DNA of 63,159 bases, counting the filler, from Octopus bimaculoides (taxonomy: Eukaryota): assembly GCF_001194135.2 (NCBI RefSeq). It is 6 parts of 5 records of this genome, joined end to end, with 100 filler letters (N's around TTAATTAATTAA, not from the genome) between each part and the next. Parts side by side here need not be neighbours in the genome. Positions count along the whole stretch, not along the records: positions 1 to 15,833 come from NC_068989.1; 5 more parts are not named here. One strand, written 5' to 3'. A program made the translations under genes and the position numbers. A model generated the notes under the pieces. That model was given only the letters and a program-made list of their open reading frames with translations. It was not told where the DNA came from and did no database searches. Every line of letters starts with the position of its first letter. The stretch's first letter is position 1. Below are positions 1 to 12,269 of this stretch, one piece after another.

Positions 1-335
1 TGTTTAATTGTGGTGAATGCTTCGATGTTATTGGGGTTATGGGTGGAGATGTATGGAAGTATTTTGGGGTTGGGTGTGTTATTATGTTGGTTGGTTTTTA
101 GTGTGTTTTTGTCAAGTTCCTTGGCACGTTTTATTCCAAGATCTATGAGTGTGGAGGGATATTGGCGTTGTAACAGTGTTTTTTTGAGATCTTGTAAGCG
201 TATTTCTCGAGTGGTAGGGTCAGAGACAATGGTGCAAATTCTTTTAGCTAAATTAAAGGGGATATTTATCTTGGTGTGTTTTGGGTGTCATGAGCTAAAA
301 AGGAGGTATTGTTGTGAGTCTGTAGGTTTGTGGTA
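1..335 (-). mobile_element. Penelope-like retroelement, RT C-terminal/thumb-linker fragment (5'-truncated, runs off window start)
   Basis: Minus-strand translation YHKPTDSQQYLLFSS*HPKHTKINIPFNLAKRICTIVSD...RQYPSTLID...ILPYISTHNP matches the PLE 'Y.KPT....YL.F.S.HP.HTK..IP...A.R' thumb region; one in-frame stop. Confidence 0.85.
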
Positions 336-3300
336 GAGTCTGTAGGTTTGTGGTACTATTCAAGTTGTCTCAACTACACGAATTGTTTTATAATGATCTA
401 AAGCGAGTGATATATTTAGTTATAATATTGCTGTTTATCTCTGCAGTATATAGATTTCTTATACAAAATGTATATATTCTTGTAAAACTAGGAATGTCAA
501 AGCAGCCAGTATTCTTGCTGTGGAGACACTGAGAGACAAAACAAATTTTGCTAGATTATTTAGTAGATTACTAAACAGTTTTTATTACTTTTGTACCTCA
601 GAAAACATCGACATCATGTAGTTGCCTCCAGACTTATGCTTTATACGTCCTTGTTTTAACAGACTTTGCGTAAAATTTCAATATTCACTTGAAACAATCT
701 GACAATATTTGAGCTGTATCAGATACTTCAATCAAATGGTAATTATTTATAGCTAAGGCAAGTAATTATTCTAAAATTTCAATATTTTAAACATTAACTA
801 TATCTTTGTCTGACGGTAATATGTTAATCTATTTCGTTTATCAACATAAGAAACAGTGTTAGATGGCTTTCAGCCTTTATCGAAAAGTTATGGCTTCACC
901 AGATCGACTTCTATGTCCTATATAATATACACATCACTTCTGTTCCCATATGTTATTAATACATTTCAAAACACAACTGCTTTACTACTGTTTTACGTTT
1001 TCTATAAAAAAAAATTTCTATACACGAGATACACTTATACGGCCACATCACTTTCTTCATAAATTCAAATATTAGTAAAGCATCAATTACTTCATGCCTA
1101 AAGGTATTGCTATCAATTGAGACAATTTCAATAGTCTTATAGGGGAGGGGGTGAATATTTTTCTAAATTACTACTTCTCGTTTGTTTATGATATGCCTAA
1201 GCAATTACTTTACATATCCAGAAGCGAGCTACAATCTTGCATTTCCTATTTACAATCTTCTAACATGTGTCCGTTCAATTTATCTGATATTTACATATAA
1301 CCAAAATACATTTAATCTATCTCGTCAATGCTTTATTTATTCATATTTCTTCCTTCTTTAGTCGGAAAATTTGTGAGCTGGTCAATAAAGATTACAGTTT
1401 AACATAACCAGCATAGCAATATAACGAACGCATATATTTATGTGCCATAAAAAGCAGTATGAAATATGAAAAAGTAACTCTGTAAAATCAACATGTAATT
1501 CGAAATCTATTTATTGCCAATGATATTCAGAAAATATTTGGAACCAGTTTTATTCGCCAATCTGCATTGAAACCATTAACTGGTTTTCTTTTTTTTTTTT
1601 TTCTGGAAGAGAAGACATTTATAAATTGTAAGCTTGTAAACGTCATTAGTCCAATATTAAAGCGTAGTATACTAAAATCATTAAATAATCACCGTATACT
1701 AGAACCAGATTCCCACCTAAATCTTTCTGCAAAACTTTTTTCGATTCTCTCTTTGGAATATTTCACATGAATCACAACCAAACTGCGAACTAAAAGTTAA
1801 AAAAAAAATTCAGAACTTCGTATTTCACTAAGACTAGAGACATGCTCTCTCGTCTAAAGAATCAAAGAGCAATGACGAACGGGAAACAATTTCGAATAAG
1901 TCCATCACGTGAAGTTAGTTTAATTTCAAAATAAGTTATTATTGTATTTCGTTTGTCAGTTGCGTAATAATGTGAATAAAATTTCTTATATTCATCTATC
2001 AAAAGCCTTGATGGACTTGTACCAAATAAAAAGAAACGGATTGTCTCTATTCTGCATATGATGTTGAACATGAAACATGGTTGGCTGCCTCTAAGGAGTG
2101 ACCATTACACTTTACCGAACCTCTGCTATGGTTTAGAAAATACAGGTAGAAGCTACGCTTCATATATTATCCTCAGACCGTGTTTGATGACGGTAGTGGT
2201 GGTGGTGGCGGTGGTAACTGAGGGGTGGAGGTGGTTTATATAGTATAAAGAAGTATGAATGTACATAAATACACACACACGCGCGCGCACGCATACACAC
2301 ACGTATTTATATATGAATGAATGGATGGATGGATAGATGGATGGATGTGTACAAATATATGCATATATGTGTGTGAGTACACATACTACTCATACAAAAA
2401 TACACACATACGCACAAATATATAAATTACATTTTCTCTGTTATTCAATTGACATAAAATTAATCCGTTGCACTGAAAACTTGTTGGATCGTTGTGCAAT
2501 CTCACTGATTAATGAGAAATAACTAAGATTGAACTGATTATATTCATGAGTGACAATTTGCTATATAGCCCCCAACATGTTTCGAAGCCCTCCAAATTAT
2601 TTATTCATCCATCAAGCTCTGAAATTATTTATTCCTCCATCACTAGCCATCTGAGACATATTATTCGTCTTCGATAAATATAAAATGACTGCATCTTTCC
2701 TTTTACGTTTCTGGCAAATATATAAACCAATAAGTCGTGTTTTCACTATAAATTGCGTGGTTAAATGAATAATTATCGTTTGTTCAATGTCAGTCGAATA
2801 GATGAGTCATCACCGAAATATGTTGTGTAATTTTATGTGCAATATTTCAGGCCCATTCGTATTGCAAGATTCGTTCAAATACATAAAAATACATTATACC
2901 CAAAACCTCTTGAGTCATTCTGCTATTTCTCTTTCTCCCTCTCCTCGCTCTTTTTCCTTCTTTCTCTCCCTCTCACTAATTAAACACCTCCTTTAGATTA
3001 ATCAAATTCGTACTACCTGTGTTTCTACTCGTCTATTTCACAGCTCCGATCATGAATTCAGTCATATCTTCCAGATGAGTCATATTAGAGTACTTTCAAA
3101 ACTCTAAGGGTTGATATTTCTCATTTATGTAACGTGAACCCTTTTTTCCTTTTCTTATTTTTCGATGTTCCTCTGTTTACGTATGTGTGAAAGAGAGGGG
3201 GAGAGAGACACATACAACAACTGTAATTACCTCAACAGCAAGTGAATATCTCTTGACGTCATTTTATACCCCCTTTTTACTCTGCCTTGTATATTTCTAT

Positions 3301-4706
3301 TTTTTTAAATTTCATAAGCGTAAAGTCATAGTCCGGTTAAATTTTAAGTAATTTGGTGCTCTCAGATATTAAATAGTTTATTAATAATAGTACTTCCTAG
3401 ATTCATTCGCATCTAGCTGCACAGGAAATGCCTGTGTATTAGATCAAGCCATTGGTAGGTGAAACAACATTTACGCGAAATTCATGCTGTGGTTTATAAC
3501 GATATTAGGATAACTTTTGGCTTTGATTACTTCATCAATCTGTCCTGACATTAAAACAAATAAATTTCCTGTATCTCACGATCATATTTAATCATAAATT
3601 TATGAGGGCTTCAATTAACCGAAATTCGTTCATGCCATGTAAAACGTTTATATAATGTTCTTTCAAACGGTCCACACTTAATTTTAATACATCGTCTGAA
3701 GCATTGTCCTGTTGTGAATTTGCTTCATCTGAACCATGTGCAAACATATCACCATCGGTGAGCTATCATGTCATTTCCAAGTTTTGATTTGGTATATTTA
3801 GCATTTCAATTTACAATTAAAATTTCAATACAGCAAACATCTCTACTAGGTATAGATCCCATAAGTATTATAATGATATGCTGCTCCATTGCTAGGGTAG
3901 TACACTCCGGTAGGAAACATTCATTTGAACTGCATCACACATGTTTTAACTCATTCTAAGTTAAAATTCAAACCGTTATCTTACTAATCTATACATATAA
4001 TATAATTGTCTTTTTTCTTTACAAGTAGTTTTTAGTTTGGCTGTTTTTTATTCAAATTCTCTAAGAACTGAATATACCTCAAACGCGCAGAACATAATAG
4101 CCAATTAAATAAGCGGGATAGAGAAGAAAAAATCCAATCAATTATCGGTTATATCAAAAGTGTCTTTACGCTGAGGTAGTATTGAAACATTTAATTATTG
4201 GAATTTTAGAGCAACATTATGTTCAAATTGAACTATGCAATTTAAAAAAATTAGAATGCCAACACGTATGTTTGTTCAAAAGAAAACTGCTGTGCCTATA
4301 AGGCAAAATTGAGGCCGTGGCATTTGTTAATAGCCGTCTTTTGCCCCAGAAACACAAATTATATTGTAATTTTTAATAATTAATTCAATACGAGGGAAAA
4401 ATTCTTAATTCCTTGTAATTATCACCCGATATCTCATTCAGAATTGTAAACAATCACCGAAAGGTTATTGACCATTTTCCTCGCCTGTGGGAGGAAATTT
4501 TTAATCAATCAAGGATTTATATCTATAATGTACAGTAATTAATATATGCCCAATTAAGTTTGTTATCCTAGTTCATATCAGTGGTGCGTTAGGTTTCTTA
4601 GTTCGTTTTGATGATACTCATTAGATAGATAGATATATTTTATCATTTACACGTATCAATCATTGGATTGCAGCTATGGTGGAGCAGTGTATTTTTTATT
4701 TACATA

Positions 4707-4870
4707 GGCGCAGGCGTGGCTGTGTACTAAGAATCTTGTTTTCTTACCAAATGGTTCCGGATTCAGTCCCACTATGTGTCACCTTGGGCAAGTGTCTTCA
4801 ACTGTTGACTCGAAGCAACTAAAATCATATGAGTGGATTTGTAGACGTAAACTGAAAGAAGCTGTCGTAT

Positions 4871-4968
<98 letters not shown>

Positions 4969-5175
4969 TGTGTGTGTGTTTTGTGTCTGTGTTTGTTCCC
5001 CACCAACGCTTGAGAACTGCTGTTGGTGTGTTTAGTCCCCGTATCCAAGCTGTTCATAAGAAGTGGATAGAATATGTACTAGGCTTTAAAGCAAAGATAA
5101 TAATTCCTGGAAATGGTTTGTTCCACTAAAAACCCACCGTGCCCACAGCAAGATGGCTGAAACAAGAAAAAGATA
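4707..5175 (+). mobile_element. tRNA-derived CORE-type SINE (family A) with internal (TA)n(TG)n
   Basis: Head GGCGCAGGCGTGGCTGTG, B-box-like GGATTCAGTCCC, CORE-like ACCTTGGGCAAGTGTC; homologous to 23515-23973 and other copies in the window. Confidence 0.8.
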
Positions 5176-6217
5176 TGAATATATATATATATTGATAGGA
5201 AGGACAACAAAAGAAAGAAAAAGACCTCGATATTATGTAAATAGAGGAATTTATCTGTAAAAATATGTGACACTTACTCGGTAATACCGGGGTGAGAACC
5301 CACGCCAACATCTCTTCAGTTATCCCGCCATTGAAAATTCCTGGATACAGGAATTCCATACACACATGTTGAGATGCATAATACATACATATATGTAGTT
5401 ATATATAAAAATATGAGCGTATATTGTTTGATATGTATGTACGAATGTGTAGATGTATGTGTGCGTGCAGGTGTGTGTATGTGTTGTGCGTTGTGTATGT
5501 GACTGTATGAGTGTGTGCATGCGTGCGCGTATGACTATGTGTAGATATATCTATGTGTGGTATGTCTATGTGTGTACAAAAATAAAGATAAAAGATAAAA
5601 AAGATTATAATAAAAAACAATAAAAAATGCATCTTTGAATTTTAACCGTTATACTTGTATTAGTGTCATATATATTTGTGTGTATGTATGTGTATGTATG
5701 TGTGTGTATGTGTGTGTGTATATATGTGTATATATGTATATATGTAGTGATGGATAAGCGTATATGCATGTATACTTTAAGATTATACGTATATTTATGA
5801 GTGTGTGTGAGTGACAATATGATTGTGTGTATTCGTATATATGTATAAGCAAGGTTATATATGTGCATATATGTATCTAAGATGTTGTATCCATTCACCG
5901 TTAGACGGTGGTGCGAGGGACAAACGCGCACACACACATATATGTGTATGTGTGTCTACATATATGTATATGCATATATATATGTGTGTGTATATACAAA
6001 CTTCAACAAAGTAACAGTCATGTATACAACTTGAACTGACACACATCAGTACATAAACATACATTCACATGTACATACATATGTACACAGACACACACAA
6101 GTCCGTCTACACACTTACCCTATTATTCACATACATACGTGCATACTCACATGCATACGCATGTACAGGGATTCATACGCGCACAAATGTACACGCGCAT
6201 ACATACATACATGCATG

Positions 6218-6249
<32 letters not shown>

Positions 6250-6299
6250 CATACACACATACATACGTACATATATATCATGAACAAACTGTTACGTAC

Positions 6300-6512
6300 T
6301 CAGATGCATCACAGAATTTTGTCAGTGAACAAGTCGCGGTTTCAAAGCGACGAAAATATTTTGACATATTAAATTTAAATGTTGAAGTGAATCTAACGGT
6401 TTTTGTGTGTTATTTTAAATGGTTTATAAACACCTTCCACGCCGCAATTATTTTCGTTCCAGCACACGATCTCAGATCAAGTCACTTGCTATGCAAGTAC
6501 ATCTCCGTAATA
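6300..6512 (+). mobile_element. ~210-bp interspersed repeat carrying a hammerhead-like motif (probable PLE-derived terminal repeat)
   Basis: Homologous to 10741-10932 (shared CACAC(G/A)(A/G)TCTCAGAT and AAGTACATCTCC); flanked by microsatellites. Confidence 0.6.
6320..6366 (+). ncRNA. Type I minimal hammerhead ribozyme variant (G3:C8)
   Basis: Stem I UGUCA/UGACA; core GUGAACA plus extra A; stem II GUCGC/GCGAC; GAA; palindromic stem III AAUAUU; U at position 17. Confidence 0.6.
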
Positions 6513-6578
6513 TANNNNNNNNNNNNNNNNNNNNNNNNNNNNNNNNNNNNNNNNNNNNNNNNNNNNNNNNNNNNNNNN

Positions 6579-6617
<39 letters not shown>

Positions 6618-6689
6618 CAAATATGTAATTCAAATTTACTGAGAAACAAAAGAAGCGAGGTGCTTTTAGTTTGACGCTCCGGGATAATG

Positions 6690-8010
6690 GATAGCCGCTA
6701 GAAACAATGTTTTCCTAGTATCAAAACAACAGTAACATCGTCCTTTATCGGACTTTCGACATTCGGCTGGCATATAAACATTACTAATAATGAAAAAGCC
6801 TGATACGTTTCGAGCCTACGTTCATCGACAGAATGGAATATGACGGGAAAAAAGGAGAGCGAAAGAAAAAAACGGAGAGGAGAAAAAAAAACCTTGAGTC
6901 CAGCGGTCCAGCGTAGCGTATGACTTGACAGTATAGCGGTTGAATGAAAGGGAGATAATAATGGTGATCCCAAAGAACTAAGATGTGCGAACGTGTATGT
7001 GAGAGTGATGTGTTTGAGCGGGCGAGTGAGTCTGACGTGTGTGTGTGTGTGTGTGTGTTGTGTGTAGCAGTCGATGTGTGCTTTGCAAGTGGTATATGCA
7101 CATTTGTACGTTTGTGTGTGTGTGTGTGTGTGTGTGTCTGTGACCAAATGGTATGCATATGTATAGTGTATGCTGGTGGGCGAAACTTATCTTTGTCCAT
7201 GCGTGTTGCATGTGTGTGTATACATTGTCTGTGTTCAGGTATTATGTGCTTGTGTGGGTGTGGGAGTATTTATTGTCTGTGTTCATGTATTATTTGCTTG
7301 TGTGTGTGTGTGGGAGTACATATTCTTTGTCTTCAGGTATTATGTGCTTGTGTGGATGTGGGAGTATGCATGATGGTGTGTGGTGAGTTAAATAGTGTGT
7401 GTGGATGCTCGTATAGTGGTATGTGTGGTGACGTTATTGAAGAGTGTGTGCCGGTATGTGGATAATGCTGTGGGGTGTGAGTGCTGAAAAGTGGTCGGTG
7501 CTAGTGTGTGTGTAGTGGGTAGGTGTTGTGGGTGTATGTATAATCGTGTGTGAAGTGAGTAATGAGTTAAACAGTGTGTATGGGTGTGTGTATAGTGGTG
7601 CGTGTGTGGGTAGGGTACCGAGGTGAGTAGTATGAATGTGTATAGGTAGAGGGGGAAGTTGAATATGGGAGGTGTGTCGGAATCCGTGTGGGGTTGGTGT
7701 TAGATGAATAGAGGTGTGTTTAGCCTATATGGCGCAATGGGACAAAAAGAGAAGATCAAATAGTGTTCATGGTGAAAGCGGGAGTCCGGTGGCTCCTGTG
7801 CAGAGACAGTGCGAACACAGACAGATGCTGTAACGAATGAACGGTAGAGCGGAAGTGGCACGAGACCAGAGTATCATTGCCGAGTCTGATGTCTCCGAGG
7901 TGCTCAGCGAACCGATCAGCCAAGCGACGTCCCGTATGACTAATGTACAGGGAAGGACAGTGATAGCAGGATATACAGTAAATATATGAAGACAAGAAAA
8001 TTTCCGGTAC
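6690..8010 (-). mobile_element. Penelope-like element 3' end: GIY-YIG endonuclease remnant (about 7705-8000) plus CA-rich 3' UTR and terminal region
   Basis: SSYIYCISCYHCPSLYISHTGRRLADRFAEHLGDIRLGNDTLVSCHF, then frameshifted HEHYLIFSFCPIAPYRLN; typical PLE GIY-YIG N- and C-terminal motifs; decayed HHR-like motif at 6799-6832. Confidence 0.85.
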
Positions 8011-8185
8011 TGGAAATATTTCCTTAGTTCATTCTGAATGTAACTAATTTTGGGTCGCCTTGGAAACGTTGTTTTAGCAAATATTCATGCATATTAGTTT
8101 CAGTGATATCTTCTATATCTAAATATGTTGATACAACAGAAACAATTGTCAGTTTTGTAAGGTAAATTCTACAATTAAAGATGTG

Positions 8186-8228
<43 letters not shown>

Positions 8229-8940
8229 NNNNNNNNNNNNNNNNNNNNNNNNNNNNNNNNNNNNNNNNNNNNNNNNNNNNNNNNNNNNNNNNNNNNNNNN
8301 NNNNNNNNNNNNNNNNNNNNNNNNNNNNNNNNNNNNNNNNNNNNNNNNNNNNNNNNNNNNNNNNNNNNNNNNNNNNNNNNNNNNNNNNNNNNNNNNNNNN
8401 NNNNNNNNNNNNNNNNNNNNNNNNNNNNNNNNNNNNNNNNNNNNNNNNNNNNNNNNNNNNNNNNNNNNNNNNNNNNNNNNNNNNNNNNNNNNNNNNNNNN
8501 NNNNNNNNNNNNNNNNNNNNNNNNNNNNNNNNNNNNNNNNNNNNNNNNNNNNNNNNNNNNNNNNNNNNNNNNNNNNNNNNNNNNNNNNNNNNNNNNNNNN
8601 NNNNNNNNNNNNNNNNNNNNNNNNNNNNNNNNNNNNNNNNNNNNNNNNNNNNNNNNNNNNNNNNNNNNNNNNNNNNNNNNNNNNNNNNNNNNNNNNNNNN
8701 NNNNNNNNNNNNNNNNNNNNNNNNNNNNNNNNNNNNNNNNNNNNNNNNNNNNNNNNNNNNNNNNNNNNNNNNNNNNNNNNNNNNNNNNNNNNNNNNNNNN
8801 NNNNNNNNNNNNNNNNNNNNNNNNNNNNNNNNNNNNNNNNNNNNNNNNNNNNNNNNNNNNNNNNNNNNNNNNNNNNNNNNNNNNNNNNNNNNNNNNNNNN
8901 NNNNNNNNNNNNNNNNNNNNNNNNNNNNNNNNNNNNNNNN

Positions 8941-9150
8941 GTCTTGTTTTCCGTCCGCCACTACCCTCCACGAAAACAATTTAATTTGTGTTCGTGGGAA
9001 GAACCATTTTAACGATGCGTACTGCCTTAATTCTTCGAAACGCCGGAGTATTAATAGTGGCAGCTGATGAAGGGGATGTTTCTATGTGGCCTGCTTGTTT
9101 GTTGCACCTTGTTTACCCGTTTTGTCCATGTTCTTTTCCCACGTCATGTA
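8941..9150 (+). repeat. Interspersed repeat with CTTCGAAAC...AGCTGATGAAGGG motif (copy 1)
   Basis: Aligns by eye to 27075-27290. Confidence 0.55.
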
Positions 9151-9869
9151 CCCAGTTATGTATCTATATATACGTGTGGATGAACGTATATACATACACG
9201 TACATATATATGCATATACTCATATATTGTTTATATATATATGTATGTATGTATGTAAGTATGTATGTAGGGTGTTCAGCATATCTGCTAAGACATATGA
9301 TTAATATACATCAACACACTAATTTTTAATTTACGAAGCGTGTTAATGAAGCAGCATGATATCAGATTTAATTATATTATTTCTTACAGAAACCATGGTG
9401 TTGCATCCAATCATACTCCACCAAGTCTATTTATAACCATGCCATCAATTTCTATGTTCTTATGAGTGTATCTATTTACCTGTGGATGTGTATTACCCTG
9501 GTGCATATATTTCACTCCATTACTCTATGAAATACATTTTACATTTACGTGAAGTAATTTTGAAATATAAGAATTTAGTTACAATGCAATTTTCAGCCAG
9601 CACACGTCAGGAATCCCTACATATTGCTATAACTTCCATCGCAACTCACTCAAAATTTATACGACGCATAAACGGAGCCTGAATGATTGCTTTAAGACAC
9701 GTGGGAGTATACATGGCGTATTTTATAAATGCCTGTGCAAGCATTATAATAGAACGAAATTATGAGTAGGTCTTTTGTGTATTTAATTTGACAAACACAC
9801 ACACACACACATATTTTATATATAGAAATAATAAACAGAAAACGGTATTTTTTTCAGTTTGGAATACAC

Positions 9870-10250
9870 TTACAATTCAGCCTCCTGGTTCCTGTCTTCA
9901 TGAATACGGCCCTGAGATATTTAAGTCCCTCCACTATTTCTGTGATCCACTAACATTCAGTGTGACTGTGAAGGGGCTTTCATGAGAGGAGCAGCGCCTC
10001 AGTCTTTGCCAAACGAATGCTTAATCTAATTTACAGCAGTTTTCAACATACAACTTCAATATACTCCGGAGATGATCTTGAGACGAGCTAAGTAACACTA
10101 TATGGTTTACAAATATTAGCGGACCGATCTTGCGTTCACCGAAGATGACGCTTCTCCACAACGGCTGCGCATTCCAATCGAGTTCATGAAAATTATGAAA
10201 AGCAGAGGTGACAATATCCCCCCGTTTGTATAGATTATGGGATAGTCTAT
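9870..10250 (-). mobile_element. RTE-clade (Rex3/Expander-like) LINE, RT domain remnant
   Basis: SPLLFIIFMNSIGMRSRCGE / VIFGERKIGPLIFVNHIVLLSSSQDHLR / LSIRLAKTEALLLS / VEGLKYLRAVF with frameshifts; matches RT motifs 4-7 of Rex3-like elements. Confidence 0.75.
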
Positions 10251-10423
10251 ATTGATTACCACCAGAACACGTGTATTTGTAAAACTATAGGGTAAAAGTA
10301 TTTACGCGCATTAGCAAAACAGCTTTGGAAAAAAAAAATCGTGTCATCCTGTTTTCAAAGATAATATTAAATAATTATCTAAATATTTGGAATAAATCAG
10401 GAATCTTTCCCAAATGATTTATG

Positions 10424-10462
<39 letters not shown>

Positions 10463-10589
10463 ATGCACACACACATATATCATGTGACCGAGCTAACTAT
10501 CGGATGTTTTACGTATCAATGGACACAATACGTTGTGAAACAGTTTCGTCTTCGAATGACGTCATCCCGCTGTCTGGATAAGCAGGCCA

Positions 10590-10730
10590 ACAATCCCCTC
10601 TGATTGAAAGGAGAACTCAAGCAATGGGAAATGAAATGTTTTGCACAAGAACACAACACCCGGTCTGTGAATCGAAAGCATGATCTGCCGATCGTGAGTG
10701 GAGTAGCTTAACACGCCATCACAAACATAC
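10590..10730 (-). mobile_element. tRNA/CORE SINE head fragment (family C-like)
   Basis: GAAATGAAATGTTTTGCACAAGAACACAACAC...GAATCGAA...GATCGTGAG is the reverse complement of a tRNA-like head plus CORE segment; similar to 14715-14753. Confidence 0.55.
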
Positions 10731-10740
10731 ATGTATGTAG

Positions 10741-10932
10741 ATGCAGCATAATCTTGTCATGGACGATGTTGCAGTTCATGTAACGGAGATTTTGAGAAAC
10801 ATAACAGACAAATAATCTGGATGTTACGAGTGTGTAACTTTTAACGGCGAATATGCGTCTCCCACGCTAATATTGATGTAGTTACGACACACGGTCTCAG
10901 ATAAGATTACTTACCTCTCAAGTACATCTCCC
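10741..10932 (+). repeat. Diverged copy of the 6300-6512 repeat
   Basis: Shared 3' blocks and an equivalent 5-bp hairpin GTTGC/GTAAC. Confidence 0.5.
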
Positions 10933-11717
10933 ATATATATATATATNNNNNNNNNNNNNNNNNNNNNNNNNNNNNNNNNNNNNNNNNNNNNNNNNNNNNN
11001 NNNNNNNNNNNNNNNNNNNNNNNNNNNNNNNNNNNNNNNNNNNNNNNNNNNNNNNNNNNNNNNNNNNNNNNNNNNNNNNNNNNNNNNNNNNNNNNNNNNN
11101 NNNNNNNNNNNNNNNNNNNNNNNNNNNNNNNNNNNNNNNNNNNNNNNNNNNNNNNNNNNNNNNNNNNNNNNNNNNNNNNNNNNNNNNNNNNNNNNNNNNN
11201 NNNNNNNNNNNNNNNNNNNNNNNNNNNNNNNNNNNNNNNNNNNNNNNNNNNNNNNNNNNNNNNNNNNNNNNNNNNNNNNNNNNNNNNNNNNNNNNNNNNN
11301 NNNNNNNNNNNNNNNNNNNNNNNNNNNNNNNNNNNNNNNNNNNNNNNNNNNNNNNNNNNNNNNNNNNNNNNNNNNNNNNNNNNNNNNNNNNNNNNNNNNN
11401 NNNNNNNNNNNNNNNNNNNNNNNNNNNNNNNNNNNNNNNNNNNNNNNNNNNNNNNNNNNNNNNNNNNNNNNNNNNNNNNNNNNNNNNNNNNNNNNNNNNN
11501 NNNNNNNNNNNNNNNNNNNNNNNNNNNNNNNNNNNNNNNNNNNNNNNNNNNNNNNNNNNNNNNNNNNNNNNNNNNNNNNNNNNNNNNNNNNNNNNNNNNN
11601 NNNNNNNNNNNNNNNNNNNNNNNNNNNNNNNNNNNNNNNNNNNNNNNNNNNNNNNNNNNNNNNNNNNNNNNNNNNNNNNNNNNNNNNNNNNNNNNNNNNN
11701 NNNNNNNNNNNNNNNNN

Positions 11718-11756
<39 letters not shown>

Positions 11757-11759
11757 TAT

Positions 11760-12146
11760 TGTGTGGTAACTAGCTTTCTTACCAACACCATGGTCACGGG
11801 TTCAGTCCCACTACTTGGCACCTTGAGCAAGTTTCTTCTATTATAAGCCTCGGGTCGATCAAACCTCGTGAGTGTATTTGGTAGACGGAAACTAAAAGGA
11901 CTTCGTCGTATATATGTGTGTATGTATGTGTGTTTGTGTGTTTGTCCCCCTTCCCCACCATCATTTGACAAACGATGCTGGTGTGTTTATATCCTCGTAA
12001 CTTAACGTTTCGGCAAAAGACACCTATAGAATAATTACTAGGTTTACACAGAATAAGTTCTGTGATCGATTGTTCTATTAAAGGCAGTGCTCCTACATGG
12101 CCGCAGTCAAATGACTGAAACAAATATAAGAATAAAAGAGTAAAAG
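11760..12146 (+). mobile_element. SINE family A copy
   Basis: GTGTGGTAACTAGC...GGGTTCAGTCCCACT...CCTTGAGCAAG...CATGGCCGCAGTCAAATGACTGAAACAA, colinear with 23515-23973. Confidence 0.8.
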
Positions 12147-12269
12147 AATATACAGTAGAGAGAGATATAGATAGATACACATATGCGTATACACATAGAG
12201 ATATATGTAAATATAAATATGCATATATATATATGCATATATATGTATATATGCATATATATATATTGT

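Noticed and set aside
10-336. 108-aa plus-strand ORF
   Set aside because: It is the antisense shadow of the minus-strand Penelope RT fragment.
4172-4181. TGAGGTAGTA, identical to the first 10 nt of let-7
   Set aside because: The remainder diverges from let-7 and no precursor hairpin is evident; most likely a chance match.
5250-5330. Minus-strand CTGAAGA with a downstream hairpin, and a GTAAGT donor-like site
   Set aside because: No GAAA or stem III for a hammerhead; as an exon the only open frame is unrecognisable and the acceptor is weak.
10910-10918. Perfect minus-strand donor GAG|GTAAGT (also AAG|GTAAGT at about 13040)
   Set aside because: Both lie inside repeats (the HHR-family repeat and a MITE TIR), with no supporting exon.
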